64,000 bases of DNA from the human T2T-CHM13v2.0 reference genome, Homo sapiens, in NCBI RefSeq assembly GCF_009914755.1, contig NC_060935.1; one strand, given 5' to 3'. Of the stretch, positions 1-14,220 are shown one piece after another. A program made the translations under genes and the position numbers. The notes below the pieces were generated by a model. The model did not search any database. It saw only the letters and a list, made by a program, of their open reading frames with translations, and had not been told where the DNA came from. Position 1 is the first letter of the stretch. Each line of letters opens with the position of its first letter.

Positions 1-3000
1 TGACCACATCAAAAAGCCTGAAAGATCTCAGATCAACCACCTTAATATCACAACTAAAATAACTAGAGAACCAAGAGCAAAGATATCCCACAGCTAGGAG
101 AAGACAAGAAATAACCAAGCTCAGAGTGGAACTGAAGGAGACAGAGACTCAAAAAACCCTTCAAAAATTAACAAATACCGGAACTGGTTTTTTGAAAAAA
201 TCAATAAAATAGACCACAAGTGAGAGTAATAAAGAAGAAAAGAGAGAAGATTCAAATATACGATGAGAAACGATAAGGGAGATACCACCAGTGACCCCAC
301 AGAAACACAATCAGCCATCAGAGAATACTATAAACACCTTTATGCAAATAAACTGGGAAACATAGAAGAAATGGATACATTTCTGGACACATATACCCTC
401 CCAAGACTGAAGCACAAAGAAGTTGAATCCCCAAATAGACCAATAACAAGTTCTGAAATTCAGGTGCTAATAAAGAGCTTGCCAATCAAAAAAAGCCCAG
501 GCCCAGATGGATTTACAGCTGAATTTTATGAGAGGTACAAAGAGGAGATGGTACCATTTCTTCTGAAACTATTTCAAACAATTGAACAGGAGAGACTACT
601 CCCTAACTCATTTTATGAGGCCAGCATCATCTTGACATCAAAACCTAGCAGAGATGCAACAAAAAAAGATAACTTCAGGCCGACATCCCTGATGAACATT
701 GATGCAAAAATCCTCAATAAAATAGGACAAACTGAATCCAGTAGCACATCAAAAAGCTTATTTAGCACAATCAAGTCAGTGTCATCCCCAGAATGCAAGG
801 CTGGTTCAACATACGCAAATCAGTAAGCATAATTCATCACATAAACAGAACTAAAGACGAAAACCATATGAATATCTCAATAGACGCAGGAAAGGCCTTG
901 GATAAAATTTAACATCCTTTCATGTTAAAAAAAAAAACTCTCAATAAACTAGGTATTGAAGTAACATACCTCAAAACAAGAGCCATTTATGACAAATCCA
1001 GATCCAATATCATAATGAAAGGGCAACAGCTGGAAGCATTCCCTTTGAAAACTGGCACAAGACAAGGATGCCCTCTCTCACCACTGTTATTCAACATAGT
1101 ATTGGAAGTTCTGGCCGGGGCAATCAGGCAAGAGAAAGAAATAAAGGATATTTAAATAGGAAGAGAGGAAGTTAAATTGTCTTTGTTTGCAGATGACATG
1201 ATCCTATATCTAGAAAACCCCATTGACTCAGCCCAAAAGCTTCTTTAGCTGATAAGCAACTTCAGTAAAGTCTCAGGATACACAATCAAAGTGCAGAAAT
1301 CACAAGCATTCCTATACACCAACAACAGGCAAGCAGAGAGCCAAATCATGAATGAACTCCCATTCATAATTGCCACAAAAAGAATAAAATACCTGGGAAT
1401 ACAACTAACAAGGGAAATGAAGAACCTCTTCAAAGAGAACTGCAAACTGCTACTCAAGGAAATCAGAGAGGACACAAGTAGATGGAGAAACATTACATAC
1501 TCATTCATAGGAAGAATCAGTATCATGAAAATTGTCATATTGCCCAAAGCAATTAATAGATTAAATGCTATTCCCATTAAACTACAATTGACATTCTTCA
1601 CAGTATTAGAAAAAAACTATTTAAAAATTTTTATGGAACCAAAAAAGAGCTCATAAAGCCAGGACAGTCCTAAGCAAAAAGAACAAAGCTGGAGGCACCA
1701 TGTTACCCGACTTCAAACCGTACTACAAGGCTGCAGTAACCAGAACAGCATGGTATTGGTACAAAAACAGACACATAGACCAGTAGAATGGAATCGAGAA
1801 CCCAGAAATAAGGCCACACACCTACAACGATCTGATCTTTGAAAAACCTGACAGAAACAAACAATGAAGAGAGGATTCCCTATTCAATAAATGGTGCTGG
1901 GAGAACTGACAAGCCACATGCAGAAAATTGAAACTGGGTTTCTTCCTTATACCTTATACAAAAATTAACTCAACATGGATTAAAGACTTAAATGTAAAAC
2001 CAAAGCCATTAAAACCCTAGAAGAAATTTTGGGCAATACCATTTAAGACATAGGCATGGGCAAAGATTTTATGATGAAATTGCCAAAAGCAATTGCAAAA
2101 AAAAAGGAAAAATTGGCAAATGGGATCTAATTAAATGAAAGAGTTTTTGCATAGCAAAAGAAACTATCATCAGGGCGAACAGACAACCTACAGATTGGGA
2201 GAAAATTTTTTCAATCTATCTATCTGACAAGGTCTAATATCCAGAATCTACAAGGAACTTAAGCAAATTTACAAGAAAAAAACAAATAACATTATTAAAA
2301 TGTGGGCAAAGGATACGAACAGACACCTCTCAAAAAAAAAAAAAAAAAAAAAAGACCATACATGCAGCGCAGCTAACATGAAAAGAAGCTCAATATCACT
2401 GATCATTAGAGAAATGCAAATCAAAACTACAATGAGATATCATCTCACACCAGTCAGAATGGCGATTATTAAAAAGTCAAGAAACAACAGATGCTGGTGA
2501 GGTCGTGGAGAAATAGGAATGCTTTTCCACTGCTGGTGGCAATGTAAAATAGTTCGACCATTGTGGAAGACAATGTGGTGATTCCTCAAATATTTAGAAC
2601 TGGAAATACCATTTGACCCAGCAATCCCATTAGTGGGTATATACGCAAAGGAATATAAATCATTCTATTACAAAGATACATGCACATGTATGTTCATTGC
2701 AGCACTATTTACAATAGCAAAGACATGGAATCAAATGCCTATCAATGATAGACTGGATAAAGAAAATGTGGTACATATATGTCATGGAATACTACGCAGC
2801 TATGAAAAGGAATGAAATCATATCTTTTACAGGGACATGGATGAAGCTTGAAGCCATTATCCTCAGCAAACTAACTCAGGGACAGAAAACCACACACCTC
2901 ATGTTCTCACTTCTATGTGGGAGCGGAACAATGAGAACAAATGGACACAGGCAGGAGAACTACATACACTGGAACCTGCTGAGGGAGGGCAAGGCAGGGA

Positions 3001-3145
3001 GGGCATTAGGGAAAAGAGCTAATGCATGCTGGGCATAACACTTAGGTGATGGGTCGACAGGTGCAGCAAACCACCATGGCACACGTTTACCTGTATAAAA
3101 AACCTGCACATTCTGCACTTGCACCCTGGAACATAAAAAAATAAG
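1..3145 (+). mobile_element. LINE-1 (older L1PA-type), ORF2 remnant plus 3' UTR, starts before window
   Basis: ORF fragments match L1 ORF2p ([34 protein letters not shown] motif LFADDM at ~1183-1200); typical L1PA 3' UTR and A-rich tail at ~3135; frameshifts and stops. Confidence 0.97.
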
Positions 3146-3199
3146 TATAAACTTGCAAATTCTTTGATACCATTTTGAGATATCATTTACAATTAGAAT

Positions 3200-3750
3200 A
3201 TATTATAAATAAGGCTATTTCAGATGTCAGTGACCATGAGAAAATCAACATTTTTATGTCACTGGTATAAACATAGGTTGCTTTAATTTTCTGGGAGGAA
3301 ATTTGGCACTGTGGATCAAGTACCTAAGCATCATCATGATAAGCTCATGCTAGAATTAACTATGTATTTCTACTACTAGAAATTGATTGTAATAATTTGA
3401 TGAGTTATAGGTAAATTATGTGTCAAGATGCCAGTAAAATTTTATTAAAATGAAAATTATAGCAACCATCAAACAACACAACATAAATTATGTATGAAAA
3501 CGCTATATTGTGGAATAATGCACAGCCAACATAATAATAATTAGGATCAGATTTCTAATGACATGTGAATGATTATGCAATGTACTAGGTAACAAATAAA
3601 ATATTCAACTGTAACTATGTGAAGCTGTGTGTCCAGCAAAAGGAAGTAAATGCAGAAACTCTAAAAGATAATAATCTCCTATCAGTAGTATAATGAATGA
3701 CTTTTGTCATCTCTTTTTTATGTCTTCTAAAATTTCTATGATGAACATTT
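3200..3750 (+). mobile_element. ancient L1M(E)-like 3' fragment
   Basis: degenerate resemblance to old L1 3' end (actggtataaacataggttgctttaattttctgggaggaaatttggc). Confidence 0.5.
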
Positions 3751-3832
3751 ATTCCACTTCCACGTAGAACACTATAATATAAGCCTTGCGATGTTCTGCG
3801 AATTTCTAAGCTTAAACACCTCTTGTATGTCA

Positions 3833-4340
3833 GTTCATTTATTCATTCATTGATTTATGCATCAAATGTTGGCTAATCAGCAAGAAGTAAGACAAGGTAC
3901 ATAGTCTCTTCATTCTACAGCAGAAAGACAGAATATGAGGAAGTAAGCAAGTAAATACATATATAAATAAAGTCAAGCAAACATATAAATAAATAATTGA
4001 TAATTGTAATACATCCTCTGCAGTAAATGAGTAGGCCATAAATAGAGGGATATGATAGAAAGTAACTCATGGAGAAAAATGATAGGTGATAATTGATAAT
4101 TAAAAGAAGTCAACCATGTAAAAGGCTGAGAAAGGGCATTCCAGTCAGAAGAAATAGCAAGTACAAAGACATTACGGTGAACATAGGCACAGTATGCTCC
4201 AGAAACAGAAAGAAAGCCAGGGCGACTGAAATCCAGGGGGCAGAGGAAGTGTGGAAAGGTAGGATGTGGAAAATCATCTATGCCATGGTAAGGAATTTGG
4301 ATTCTAAGTGCAATAGAAAGCCCTTTAAGATCTACCTTGC
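3833..4340 (-). mobile_element. LINE-2 fragment
   Basis: ttcatttattcattcatt end motif and L2-like body (ggcattccagtcagaagaaatagcaagtacaaag). Confidence 0.65.
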
Positions 4341-5397
4341 ATAATGCTTTCTTTGATTGTCATAAAGTTTCTTTTTTTCCCAACATACAATTTCATGTAT
4401 TTCTCATACTTCTGCTCAATGAAAGTAATTGCATTTATTGCTGACATTGTATTTTATCTTCTACTAAATACTTACATGTTTATAGTAACCATTCTACCAA
4501 TTATATGTTGCATATTTATATAAATTTAAATTAGTACCAAGATCTGTGTCCGTGATTACCAATTATTATTTATTTGCTGCCCATCTCTCCTTTCTAAAAC
4601 ATTAGTTCTAGAAAAATAGATTCCTTCTGTTTAGCACCATTATACTCCCAGTGATTTCACTGTGCATTTCACAGAAGATACAATAAATATTTGTTTAATG
4701 CATGAATGTAATTATGTTTTTCATTAGATTGTAAAAAGTATACAACATACTGACAGCTGTATGTCACTAAAATAAACACTTTAAGTTCCTATTCTAACCT
4801 TCCTTTTACCTTCTTCTTGTCATTTCTCCTTTCTTATAATCTAAGGCCAGGTATTCTAATTATACTCTTACCTGGCCATTCTTCTTACTTTTCTTTTCTC
4901 TAAATTACCATTTGTGTCCTTCTCTCTCACTTGACAATCTTGTGTATTTCCACAAGTCCAACTACAAAAACTCTCCTCACCCTCACCTCTCATTAGGGTA
5001 GAGACAAGAATCCCAGATTGTATTTCTATCTAGCATAGATCAATCGACAGAAACATAGCCAGGGTACTACTTTGCTTGAGAAATCTCTACATGAATGTTC
5101 TCTTCATTGCTCCTGAAGTATATATCCCAAACCTAATTATTTTTTGTCCCTTGATTTGGTATTTCTATTAATAGCACCAATTCCATTAATCACTAAAATT
5201 CAAAACTACAAATTTACCTTTAATATGTCTTTGCTTCTTCCCTATGATCCTATTTCCTCTACTCCTGCCATCTTACCCACTCATTGCTCATGCACAGAGC
5301 CTCACCTCACATGAACCAACATCCATTCTTTTACCAATCAAACATATTTTCATGTCTGAAATATGCTTTTATGTACACACATCTCCTTCTCCTGAAG

Positions 5398-5527
5398 CTG
5401 CAGCTTATCAGCTATCAAATAAGAGACAGGAAGAGGAAATGGCCGTATATAATATAGCTGCAATTGTCGCAGACTACACAGATGGACAGAAGAAGGCATA
5501 AAAGGACATGGGTTTTTTAATGGATGG
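5398..5527 (+). pseudogene. pseudo-exon (start uncertain)
   Basis: ccttctcctgaag acceptor, TGG|gtgata donor phase 0; GRI*YSCNCRRLHRWTEEG resembles recalled CCDC162 ERITQLAQSKYLHMLRWKRF. Confidence 0.55.
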
Positions 5528-5611
5528 GTGATATCTGTGTTTCATCCCACTGTTGATGAATTTTGGCAGACACCAAGATCATGTAACATATTAAATTTAA
5601 TATTTGTTCAG

Positions 5612-5895
5612 CATTATATCATGACTGAATTAGACTCCCATATGGAAAACATAATTTATGTTCAATTTTAATGAGATACATTACTAAGATGCTGAAAAAA
5701 TATTCAAATTTTTTATCACATATTGAACAAGCAATATATCTACTTATGAAGAACACAGCTGACTTACATTCTTGCTGATGTTTGTCAAGAATAAAAATGA
5801 TTATGCTATATAACCATTGTATAGAAGCCTTCTGTTGCCATAAATTCACTTGACATTTCACTTTACTGAGTGATGTGGGAATGACCCTTAGCAAG
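5612..5895 (+). pseudogene. pseudo-exon with frameshift (3' end uncertain)
   Basis: tttgttcag acceptor phase 0 after an 84-nt intron; HYIMTELDSHMENIIYVQF**DTLL then YSNFLSHIEQAIYLLMKNTADLHSC*CLSRIKMIMLY (cf. recalled GYIMQEY...RENFL...DLTIYTKWLVCHLHSL). Confidence 0.7.
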
Positions 5896-6077
5896 GCTAT
5901 GCATACTTTGTGTGTTTAAACTTCATGCATACAGAATATTTGCAGATACACTAATAATTTAACATCTCAGTCGGACATTCTACTGTTTAAATTTAAGCAA
6001 AGGAAATAGTCTAGTTTTAAACAAAGCATCTTCTGAAGCAGTTGCAAAGGGTATTTCTAGAATTACAAAATTGTCAG

Positions 6078-6199
6078 ATCCATTAGAACTGTTTCTGGTC
6101 TCTCAAATTTGCGTTGGCCCATGTACTTAATACTTTCTTTCTTGATTGCTCTCTCTTTCATTTATGCTCATTATACGAGGTAGTTTCCATGTCACGAAG
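6078..6199 (+). pseudogene. pseudo-exon (start uncertain)
   Basis: strong donor AAG|gtaaga phase 2; SLKFALAHVLNTFFLDCSLFHLCSLYEVVSMSR. Confidence 0.6.
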
Positions 6200-6516
6200 G
6201 TAAGAAAATATGTGGAGAATTGTTAAAATTAGGCCAGAGTAAAAGAATCAACCTATGAAGACCCAACAGCAATATTGTAAAAGGTTATCATATTTTATTA
6301 AAGTGAATTTTTTTGCCTGTTTTAAAAATTATCTAAAGGTATAAGTATTCATAGTTGTAAGGAAATACATTGTATTACTCCTTAGCTTTCACACATCATT
6401 TCCAGAAATAGTTTCACCTTAAGACACCCTCACCTGACATTTAAAAGCTCAAAGTGCTCTGGTGTCTGCCAGATTCTATAACACTAATTTTGTCTGTGGT
6501 CTTTTTTTCCCCCTAG

Positions 6517-6655
6517 AAACTTCATAAGTATACATCAATCTGCCAGAAATGGTGATTATTGAGCAGATTAAAGTACGGGTATTCCTCCACTGCAACTTTA
6601 ACATTAACATTCTCACTATAGACATCCTCTTGGCATTGAAAGAGAAATGAAAAAG
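6517..6655 (+). pseudogene. pseudo-exon
   Basis: ctttttttccccctag acceptor, phase 2 matches previous; NFISIHQSARNGDY*; AAG|gtgtgt donor; several stops. Confidence 0.65.
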
Positions 6656-7029
6656 GTGTGTGTGTAACATTATCCCTGTTCTGTAACATAAAACTAGCAT
6701 TTGTATTTTCCATTAATTTAAAACACTTGTTCATACAATACATTAGAGTTAACAATTTTTCACTTTTGAGCTAGCAAAAGTTTTTAGCTGATTTCTTTTG
6801 AAATATAATTTATTTAGGTCAGATATTTTATTTTTACATTTTGTATTATATAAACACATTCTTTCCTTTTTATTACCTCAATATATCTCACCAAAATATT
6901 TTAATCAATACTTATACACATACCACAATCCAACATGATAGGTGTTAGGTGTTTCTATTTATTATTAGCATTTTTAAAATTTAACAGCTTTAGATTTTTT
7001 TCCTTTTCTTATTGTACATTCTATTGCAG

Positions 7030-7067
7030 GTATAAATCGTCCTATATGGATGAAATGTTAAACAGAG
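7030..7067 (+). pseudogene. 38-nt pseudo-exon
   Basis: ctattgcag / GAG|gtaaaa; YKSSYMDEMLNR open; phase 1 out. Confidence 0.7.
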
Positions 7068-7343
7068 GTAAAACACTAAAAAATCCTATTTGGCAACTTT
7101 GATGTACAAGCATTTGGCAGTTATGTTAAGTGGGAGTGAGTGATTTTTAAAAATGGTATGTATAAACCCAGGTGCATTTTTTACATAGACACAAATTGTC
7201 ACTCCCTTATAGTTCTTAAACCAAGAAAATTTTATGCTTTATTTTTAAACAATGTTGCGATGCATTATAGGATGTTTTGACATTTAAAGAAATGGTTGCA
7301 TCAGCTACTGAATATTTATCTTAATTAATCGATTATGCATCAG

Positions 7344-7462
7344 AAGTAAAACTTTTGTATAATGAGATTTTGAAACTTGTTCAAAGAAACTATATCTCTT
7401 TTACCTACCTCATTAGTTTGGTTAAAATAACGAATTCCCAAAACCCACAAATAACATGAGAA
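7344..7462 (+). pseudogene. pseudo-exon (may extend to ~7539)
   Basis: phase 1 matches previous; EVKLLYNEILKLVQRNYISFTYLISLVKITNSQNPQIT*. Confidence 0.5.
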
Positions 7463-7686
7463 GTCAGTGCTAAGACATAAAAATAAAGCATCTATTTGCT
7501 GAATACTTATATATTTCATTAGTATGAAGATACTGAAATGTAAACAAATATGGGCCTCAGAAAACATAAATGAAGCTAGCTCTCAGTCAAACTTTTTATC
7601 TCGAGAAGATTTTCTTTACTTTTTCTTTCTCTGTTCTCAGCAAAAATAGATATGGTAGCAAAGAAAGTAGCAAATAAAACTGCAGC

Positions 7687-8022
7687 TAGCTGGGTGCAGT
7701 AGCTCACTCCTGTAATCCTAGCACTTTTGTAGGCAAAAGCGGGTAGATTGCTTGAGCTCAGGAGTTCAACACCAACCTGGGCAACATCTTGGGTAGAGAT
7801 GGGCGAAACTCCATCTCTACCCCCTCCCCACCCCCCCAAAAAAATTAGCCAGGCATAGTGTCCATTCCTGCGGTCCCAGCTACTCAGGAGGCTGAGGTGG
7901 GAGGATTGCTTGAGCCTGGGAGGTGGAGATTGCAGTGAGCTTAGAGTGTACCACTGCACTTCACTTCACCCTGCATGACAGAATGTGACCCCATATCAAA
8001 CGCAAAACAAAACAACAACAAA
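7687..8022 (+). mobile_element. Alu (AluJ-like)
   Basis: dimeric Alu with A-rich tail; carries a small inverted insertion at 7788-7802. Confidence 0.95.
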
Positions 8023-8650
8023 ACTGTAGCTTTGCTAAAGAACAGATGTGGCTTTGGCAGAGAAACTTGCAAACACAGGATGTGAATATGTGGATAGATC
8101 TATAAAAGAGGAAAAAGCAGGAATCATTATATTTGATAAATTTAGTACAGAAACATTGCTTGGGATGTGTGGTGACCTAAATAAAAAATGCTAATTGAAG
8201 AGAAAATAATACTTTCTAAGCATTTTAAAAAATCAGTTAGTAGAGACCCGAGCCGTTCATTAAACATTAGTTAAAGAGCATATTAATAGCACTTACAGGG
8301 TTAAATGGAACTGTTTTGAGACTTCTCCAATTATAAAACATCTTTTCTTATTTCAATATGTATTTAATGTTACTTTCATTTTTAATTTGTCTTATTAAAT
8401 ATTCCCTCAAGTACCTTGGAGAAGTTTATGTTCAAAATAAAACAATAAAAATTCTTATTTGGCAGCTTTGATGTACAAATATTTGACAATTATGCTAACA
8501 GAATGAGTGATCTTTTAAAATTATGAAATTGATTTTAAAAACTTTCTGTCCTTTACAGTTTGGACATTTATATGTTAAATATGCATCCTTCTATTAAATA
8601 TGAGAATTGTGAAATTGATAATATTTGTACTATTTTGTTTGTTTTTAAAG

Positions 8651-8798
8651 CCAAAAATCTCAGATCGATATTAAGTGTCTTATGAAATTATAATAGCTCT
8701 CATGATCTCCAAGCTTATTCTCCGTTTTTGTCACTTTACTTTTCTATTTTAATAGTTTTCTTAAACAACATTAATTTTGAATATAAAGGCCTAATTAA
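8651..8798 (+). pseudogene. pseudo-exon
   Basis: tttgtttgtttttaaag acceptor, TAA|gtaaat donor; KNLRSILSVL*NYNSSHDLQAYSPFLSLYFSIL (cf. recalled GAYLSFLCLRHL). Confidence 0.55.
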
Positions 8799-8934
8799 GT
8801 AAATAAAACATAATGATTTCAAAATTACATTAGTGATTTGCACAAAATTAGCAAAAATACGTATAGAATTTAATATGAAAAACTTAGAACTGCACAAGTT
8901 CATAATAAAACATTATTTTTAGTGTAATATCTTT

Positions 8935-11870
8935 TTAAAAAATTCCAAAATTTTAGGTTTGGGGTTACACATGGAGGTTAGTAACATGGGTAAATTTTGT
9001 ATCTTGGGGGTTTGGTGTACAGATTCATCACTCAGGTAGTGAGCATAGTACATACTAGGTAGATTCAATCTTCACCCTCCTCCTACCCTCCATCCTTTGG
9101 ACAGAGACTGTGTGGTTCTCTAGGTACAGAATCGTATCATCTGGGAAGAGAGATAGTTTGACCTCCTTTCTTCCTATTTGGATGCCTTTTATTTTATTTT
9201 ATTTTATTTTATTTTATTTTTATTTTTTCTTACCTGATAGCTCAGACTAGGCCTTTCAGTATTATGTTGAATGAATCTGGTACGAATAGGCATCCTTGCT
9301 TGTTCCAGTTCTCAAGGGGAATGCTTCCAGGATGTGTCCATTCAGTATGATATTAGCTATGGATTTGTCATAGATGGCTCTTATTATTTTGATGTAGGTT
9401 CCTTCAATTCCTAGTTTGTGGAGGGTTTTTAACATGAAGAAATGTTAAATTTTATCAAAAGCATTTTCTATGTCTGTTGAGATGATTATTTTGTTTTTGT
9501 TTTTAGTTTTGTTTATGGGATGAATCACATTTATTCATTTACATATATCAAACCAACCTTGAATCACAGGGCTCAAGCCTACTTGATCGTGGTGGATTAG
9601 CTTTTTGATGTGCTGCTTGATTCTATTTTCTAGTATTTTTTTTTTTGAGGATGTTTGCAGCTATCTTCTTTAGGGATATTAGCCTGAAGTTTTGTTTTTC
9701 TGTTGTGTCTCTGACAGTGTTGGCATCAGAATGATGCTGGCCTCATAGAATGAATTAGGGAGGAGTCCATCCTTCTCAATTTTTTGGAATAATTTACTTA
9801 GGATTAGTACTAGCTCTTTCTTATACAACTGGTAGATTTTGGCTGTGAATGTCTGGTCCAGGATGTTTACTGGTTGGTAGTTTTTTTTATGATTAATTCA
9901 GTTTTGGATCTTGTTATTTGTCCATTCAAGGTTTCAGTTTTTTTATTGGTTCAACCTTGGGAAGTTATGTATTTTCAGGAATTTACCCATTTCTTCTTGG
10001 ATTTCTAGTTTGTGTGCATTGAAATGTTTGTAATAGTCTGTGAGGTTTGATTTTTTTTTCATTTATTTCTTTGAGGTCAATGGTAATGTAGTAATGATAA
10101 TCTCTTCTTTGTCATTTCTCATTTTGTTTATTTGGATCTTCTTTGTATTTTTATTAGTTTAGCTAGTGGTCTATCAATCTTATTCATTCAAAGAACGAAC
10201 TTTGGATTTCATTGATCTTTTGTATGTTTTCTTATTTCACCATTTTATTCACTCAAGCTCTCATTTTGGCTATTTCTTGACTTCTGTCTTTGGTGGTTTT
10301 TTTCTCTAGTTCCTCTTGGGATGATGTTAGGGTGTTAATTTGAGATCTTTATAAATTTTTAATGTGGGTATTTAGCACTATATACTTCTAACACTGCTTT
10401 CCTGTGTCGCAGAGTTTCTAGTATGTTGTATCTTTTTTCTCATTAGTTTTAAATAATGTCTTGATTTCTTCCTTAATTGGATTGTTTACCCAATAGTCAT
10501 CCAGGAGCAGTTTGTTTATCTTCCATGTAATTGAATGGTTTTGAGAAACCCGCTTGGCATTGATTTCCATTTTTATTGTGCTGTGGTCCAAATGTGTAGT
10601 TGGTATGATTTCGATTTCTTTGAATTTGTTGAGAATTGCTTTACGTGGCCAATTTTGGAGTATTTGCCATGTACCTATGAGAAGAATGTATATTCTTTCG
10701 TTGTTTGGTGCAGTGTTCTATAGATGTCCTTTATATTCTTCAATTTCCTGGAGTGTCTGACTGTGCTATAATTGGGTTCCGTTGACTGGCTTTGCTTCTC
10801 GATGATTTCAAGGGGTCAAGGCTCAGTTCAGCACTCCTGGGCAGCACATGCTAACCCTGGCAGGCTGGGACCAGGCCCACACCTTTGTTCTCTGGCTTCT
10901 TGAGGGTAAGCACCTGTTGCACTAGGGGGGCCTAGGTGTTCTCAGTCCCCTGGCAACAATACTTTGATGGTGTGTGCCAGAAAAGCTCATCATCAGGGTT
11001 GTGGCAGTGGGGTTCATGATAGCATGCAGTGGAGTTGAGCTTGTGGTGGCGAGGTGAAGTCTGCGTGTGCTTATGTGCCAGTAAAACTGTCCGTGCAGGC
11101 TGCAGGTGAGTGCATGCCGGCAAAGCAGCAGGGGGAATCTGCAGGCAGGTGCGCACCAATGGAGGGAGGCCTGACCACCTAAGCTCTCTGATGGTGAGGA
11201 GGGGTCTGCTGGTGTAGGAGCTATGGTAGTAGTTGCTGGGGAGTGACCCAGTTGGGCATCTGAGGCTGCATTCCAAGTGAGTGTGACCAGAAAGAGCCCC
11301 TGGGAAAGACTGGCAGACCAGACCGGATGGTGCTCAGAACACACTGCCCCCATCCCATGGACAAGACAGCCCTGTTCTGTCCAGGTCTATCAGTCAACAA
11401 AGGCAAAAGCCCCTAAAGGAGCATGTTGAGCCTTGGGGGATAAGCATCCCTGGGCATACTCTACTGCAGCCATTCTGACACCAAACCTCTGGCTTCTACA
11501 CAGGCTAGAGTCCTGTCCCTGCTGACTCTCCTTGCAGCTCTCCCTGACAGCACCAGTGTTCGTGGGAGTCGTAGGGCTTCCTGCAGCTTCGATTTCTGAG
11601 GCACCTAATGAGACTGAGCCATTCATGTCTATTTAACTCACCTCTTACTTAGGAGCACCTCAGGGCCAGGGACTAGTCCTGGTGCTCAGCAGCCCCATGT
11701 TCCCAGCTTCTCTATCCTTCAATCCCTTCAGGGTCTGTGTCCCCACTCTGTCCACTCTCAACACCTTTCTTCCTAAGATCTGCTGGTAATGTGTCAGTCT
11801 ACTTTATCTTCTGATCTCTCAGTGGGAGTTCCTTCTGGTTGTGTCTACTTGGCCATATTGGCTATTTCTG
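8935..11870 (-). mobile_element. LINE-1 (L1PB-like) with two large internal deletions: 3' end, mid-ORF2, 5' UTR
   Basis: 3' UTR at 8935-9095, ORF2 segment ~9096-10728, GC-rich 5' region ~10730-11870 similar to 22580-24020. Confidence 0.85.
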
Positions 11871-12004
11871 TAATCATATCTTATCCGATGACATTAAGGC
11901 AGAAATTTTTAACAAGCAAACAAAAAAACAAAGAAACAGAGCTATACAGCTGTAAAACACTCTACATAGAAAACAATTTAATTCACTTATGTATCTTAGA
12001 AATG

Positions 12005-12165
12005 TAATTTAAAAATATATAAATATATTTTAAAATATACATGTAAAATATATATATTTTAAAATATATATGTAATATATATGTGTGTGTATATATGTAA
12101 ATATATTTTATAAAATTACATATATAAAATATACTGTAAATATTAAATATATCATATATAAACAT
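12005..12165. repeat. AT-rich low-complexity (TA)n-like tract
   Basis: tatatatattttaaaatatata-type units. Confidence 0.85.
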
Positions 12166-12914
12166 AAATCATTGAAATAAAATGGCAGATCAACAAATTG
12201 ACAGAACCAAAAATCTTTGCAATATAGAAGATATTTTTTGTATATGACAATGGGATCCTAGAGACAAATGTTTCTTTCTCTCCCTGGCTCCCTTCCTTCT
12301 TTCCTTTCTCCGTCCATTCCTTTGTTCCTTAAAATATATTGAGCACTTCTGCATGTCAAGAGGCAAGCTGTACATGGCTATATTAAGTTATGTGCACTAC
12401 TGATTTTACCTTTTTGGTGAAAACCTTAAATATAACATTTTGGGGATTTAGTAAAACACCTCTAAAAATGTAGGAAAGTTAATCCCAAATGCCATTCCAG
12501 GCCCTTCCATTCAGAACACATTACCAATTTGTTTTTCAAACATAACACATTTTTTTTGTATTGATAGTTTACAGGATAAGACTTTTGAAAAGACCTGTTT
12601 TAGAGCTAAGAGGAGGGTGGGAATTACAAGCAGTGTTCTTTGAAAGTGATATCCTACAAACTGTTGTTCCATCTTCAAGTCAATAAAAGATAATACCTTA
12701 GAGATGACATTATAGTGACCACATATTTTCTTATTCTTATTTTTTCCCAAACCATCATATTTCATGAAATTATGAAATCATAATGAATATACATTTTATA
12801 CAGCTTTATGTAACACTAATTTCTGGAGATTTAAATTTTACATATGAAATGCATTATTTTTGCAGAATTATGATTGGCTAAATTACAATTTGTGTCTGAT
12901 CTTTTTCATTTCAG

Positions 12915-13192
12915 GGACTTTTAAAAACTGGCCATCATTTATTCATTGTTTTGCCTAACCAAATTGAGAATTTGAATTAAGAATAAATTCTAGTCTCATC
13001 TATAGTCTAGGGAAAAATAGATATTTGGAATCATTCAAGGAAATAACATAAGAAGTGGGACTGTTTTACTAAATATCTTCAAATAGTAATTATTCTAAAG
13101 CAAAGGAAGTTCTTGGTGCCATATTTCATAAGAGAAGTTATTTGTCCAGAAAAAGGATATTTCAAGAATGCAGCATCTCAGATCCATATCAC
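12915..13192 (+). pseudogene. pseudo-exon
   Basis: ctttttcatttcag / CAC|gtaagg; phase 1 in, 0 out; TFKNWPSFIHCFA*PN*EFELRINSSLIYSLGKNRYLESFKEIT*EVGLFY*...KEVLGAIFHKRSYLSRKRIFQECSISDPYH; 4 stops. Confidence 0.75.
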
Positions 13193-13229
13193 GTAAGGAA
13201 AATTATTGGAACTAAGTAAGACATAAGGA

Positions 13230-14220
<991 letters not shown>

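Noticed and set aside
263-3038. Long ORFs with RT-like content
   Set aside because: Fragments of a mutated L1 ORF2, not a host gene or an active element.
6522-6755. Minus-strand ORF EDVYSENVNVKVAVEEYPYF as an exon
   Set aside because: Splice signals and phase fit the + strand exon 6517-6655 better.
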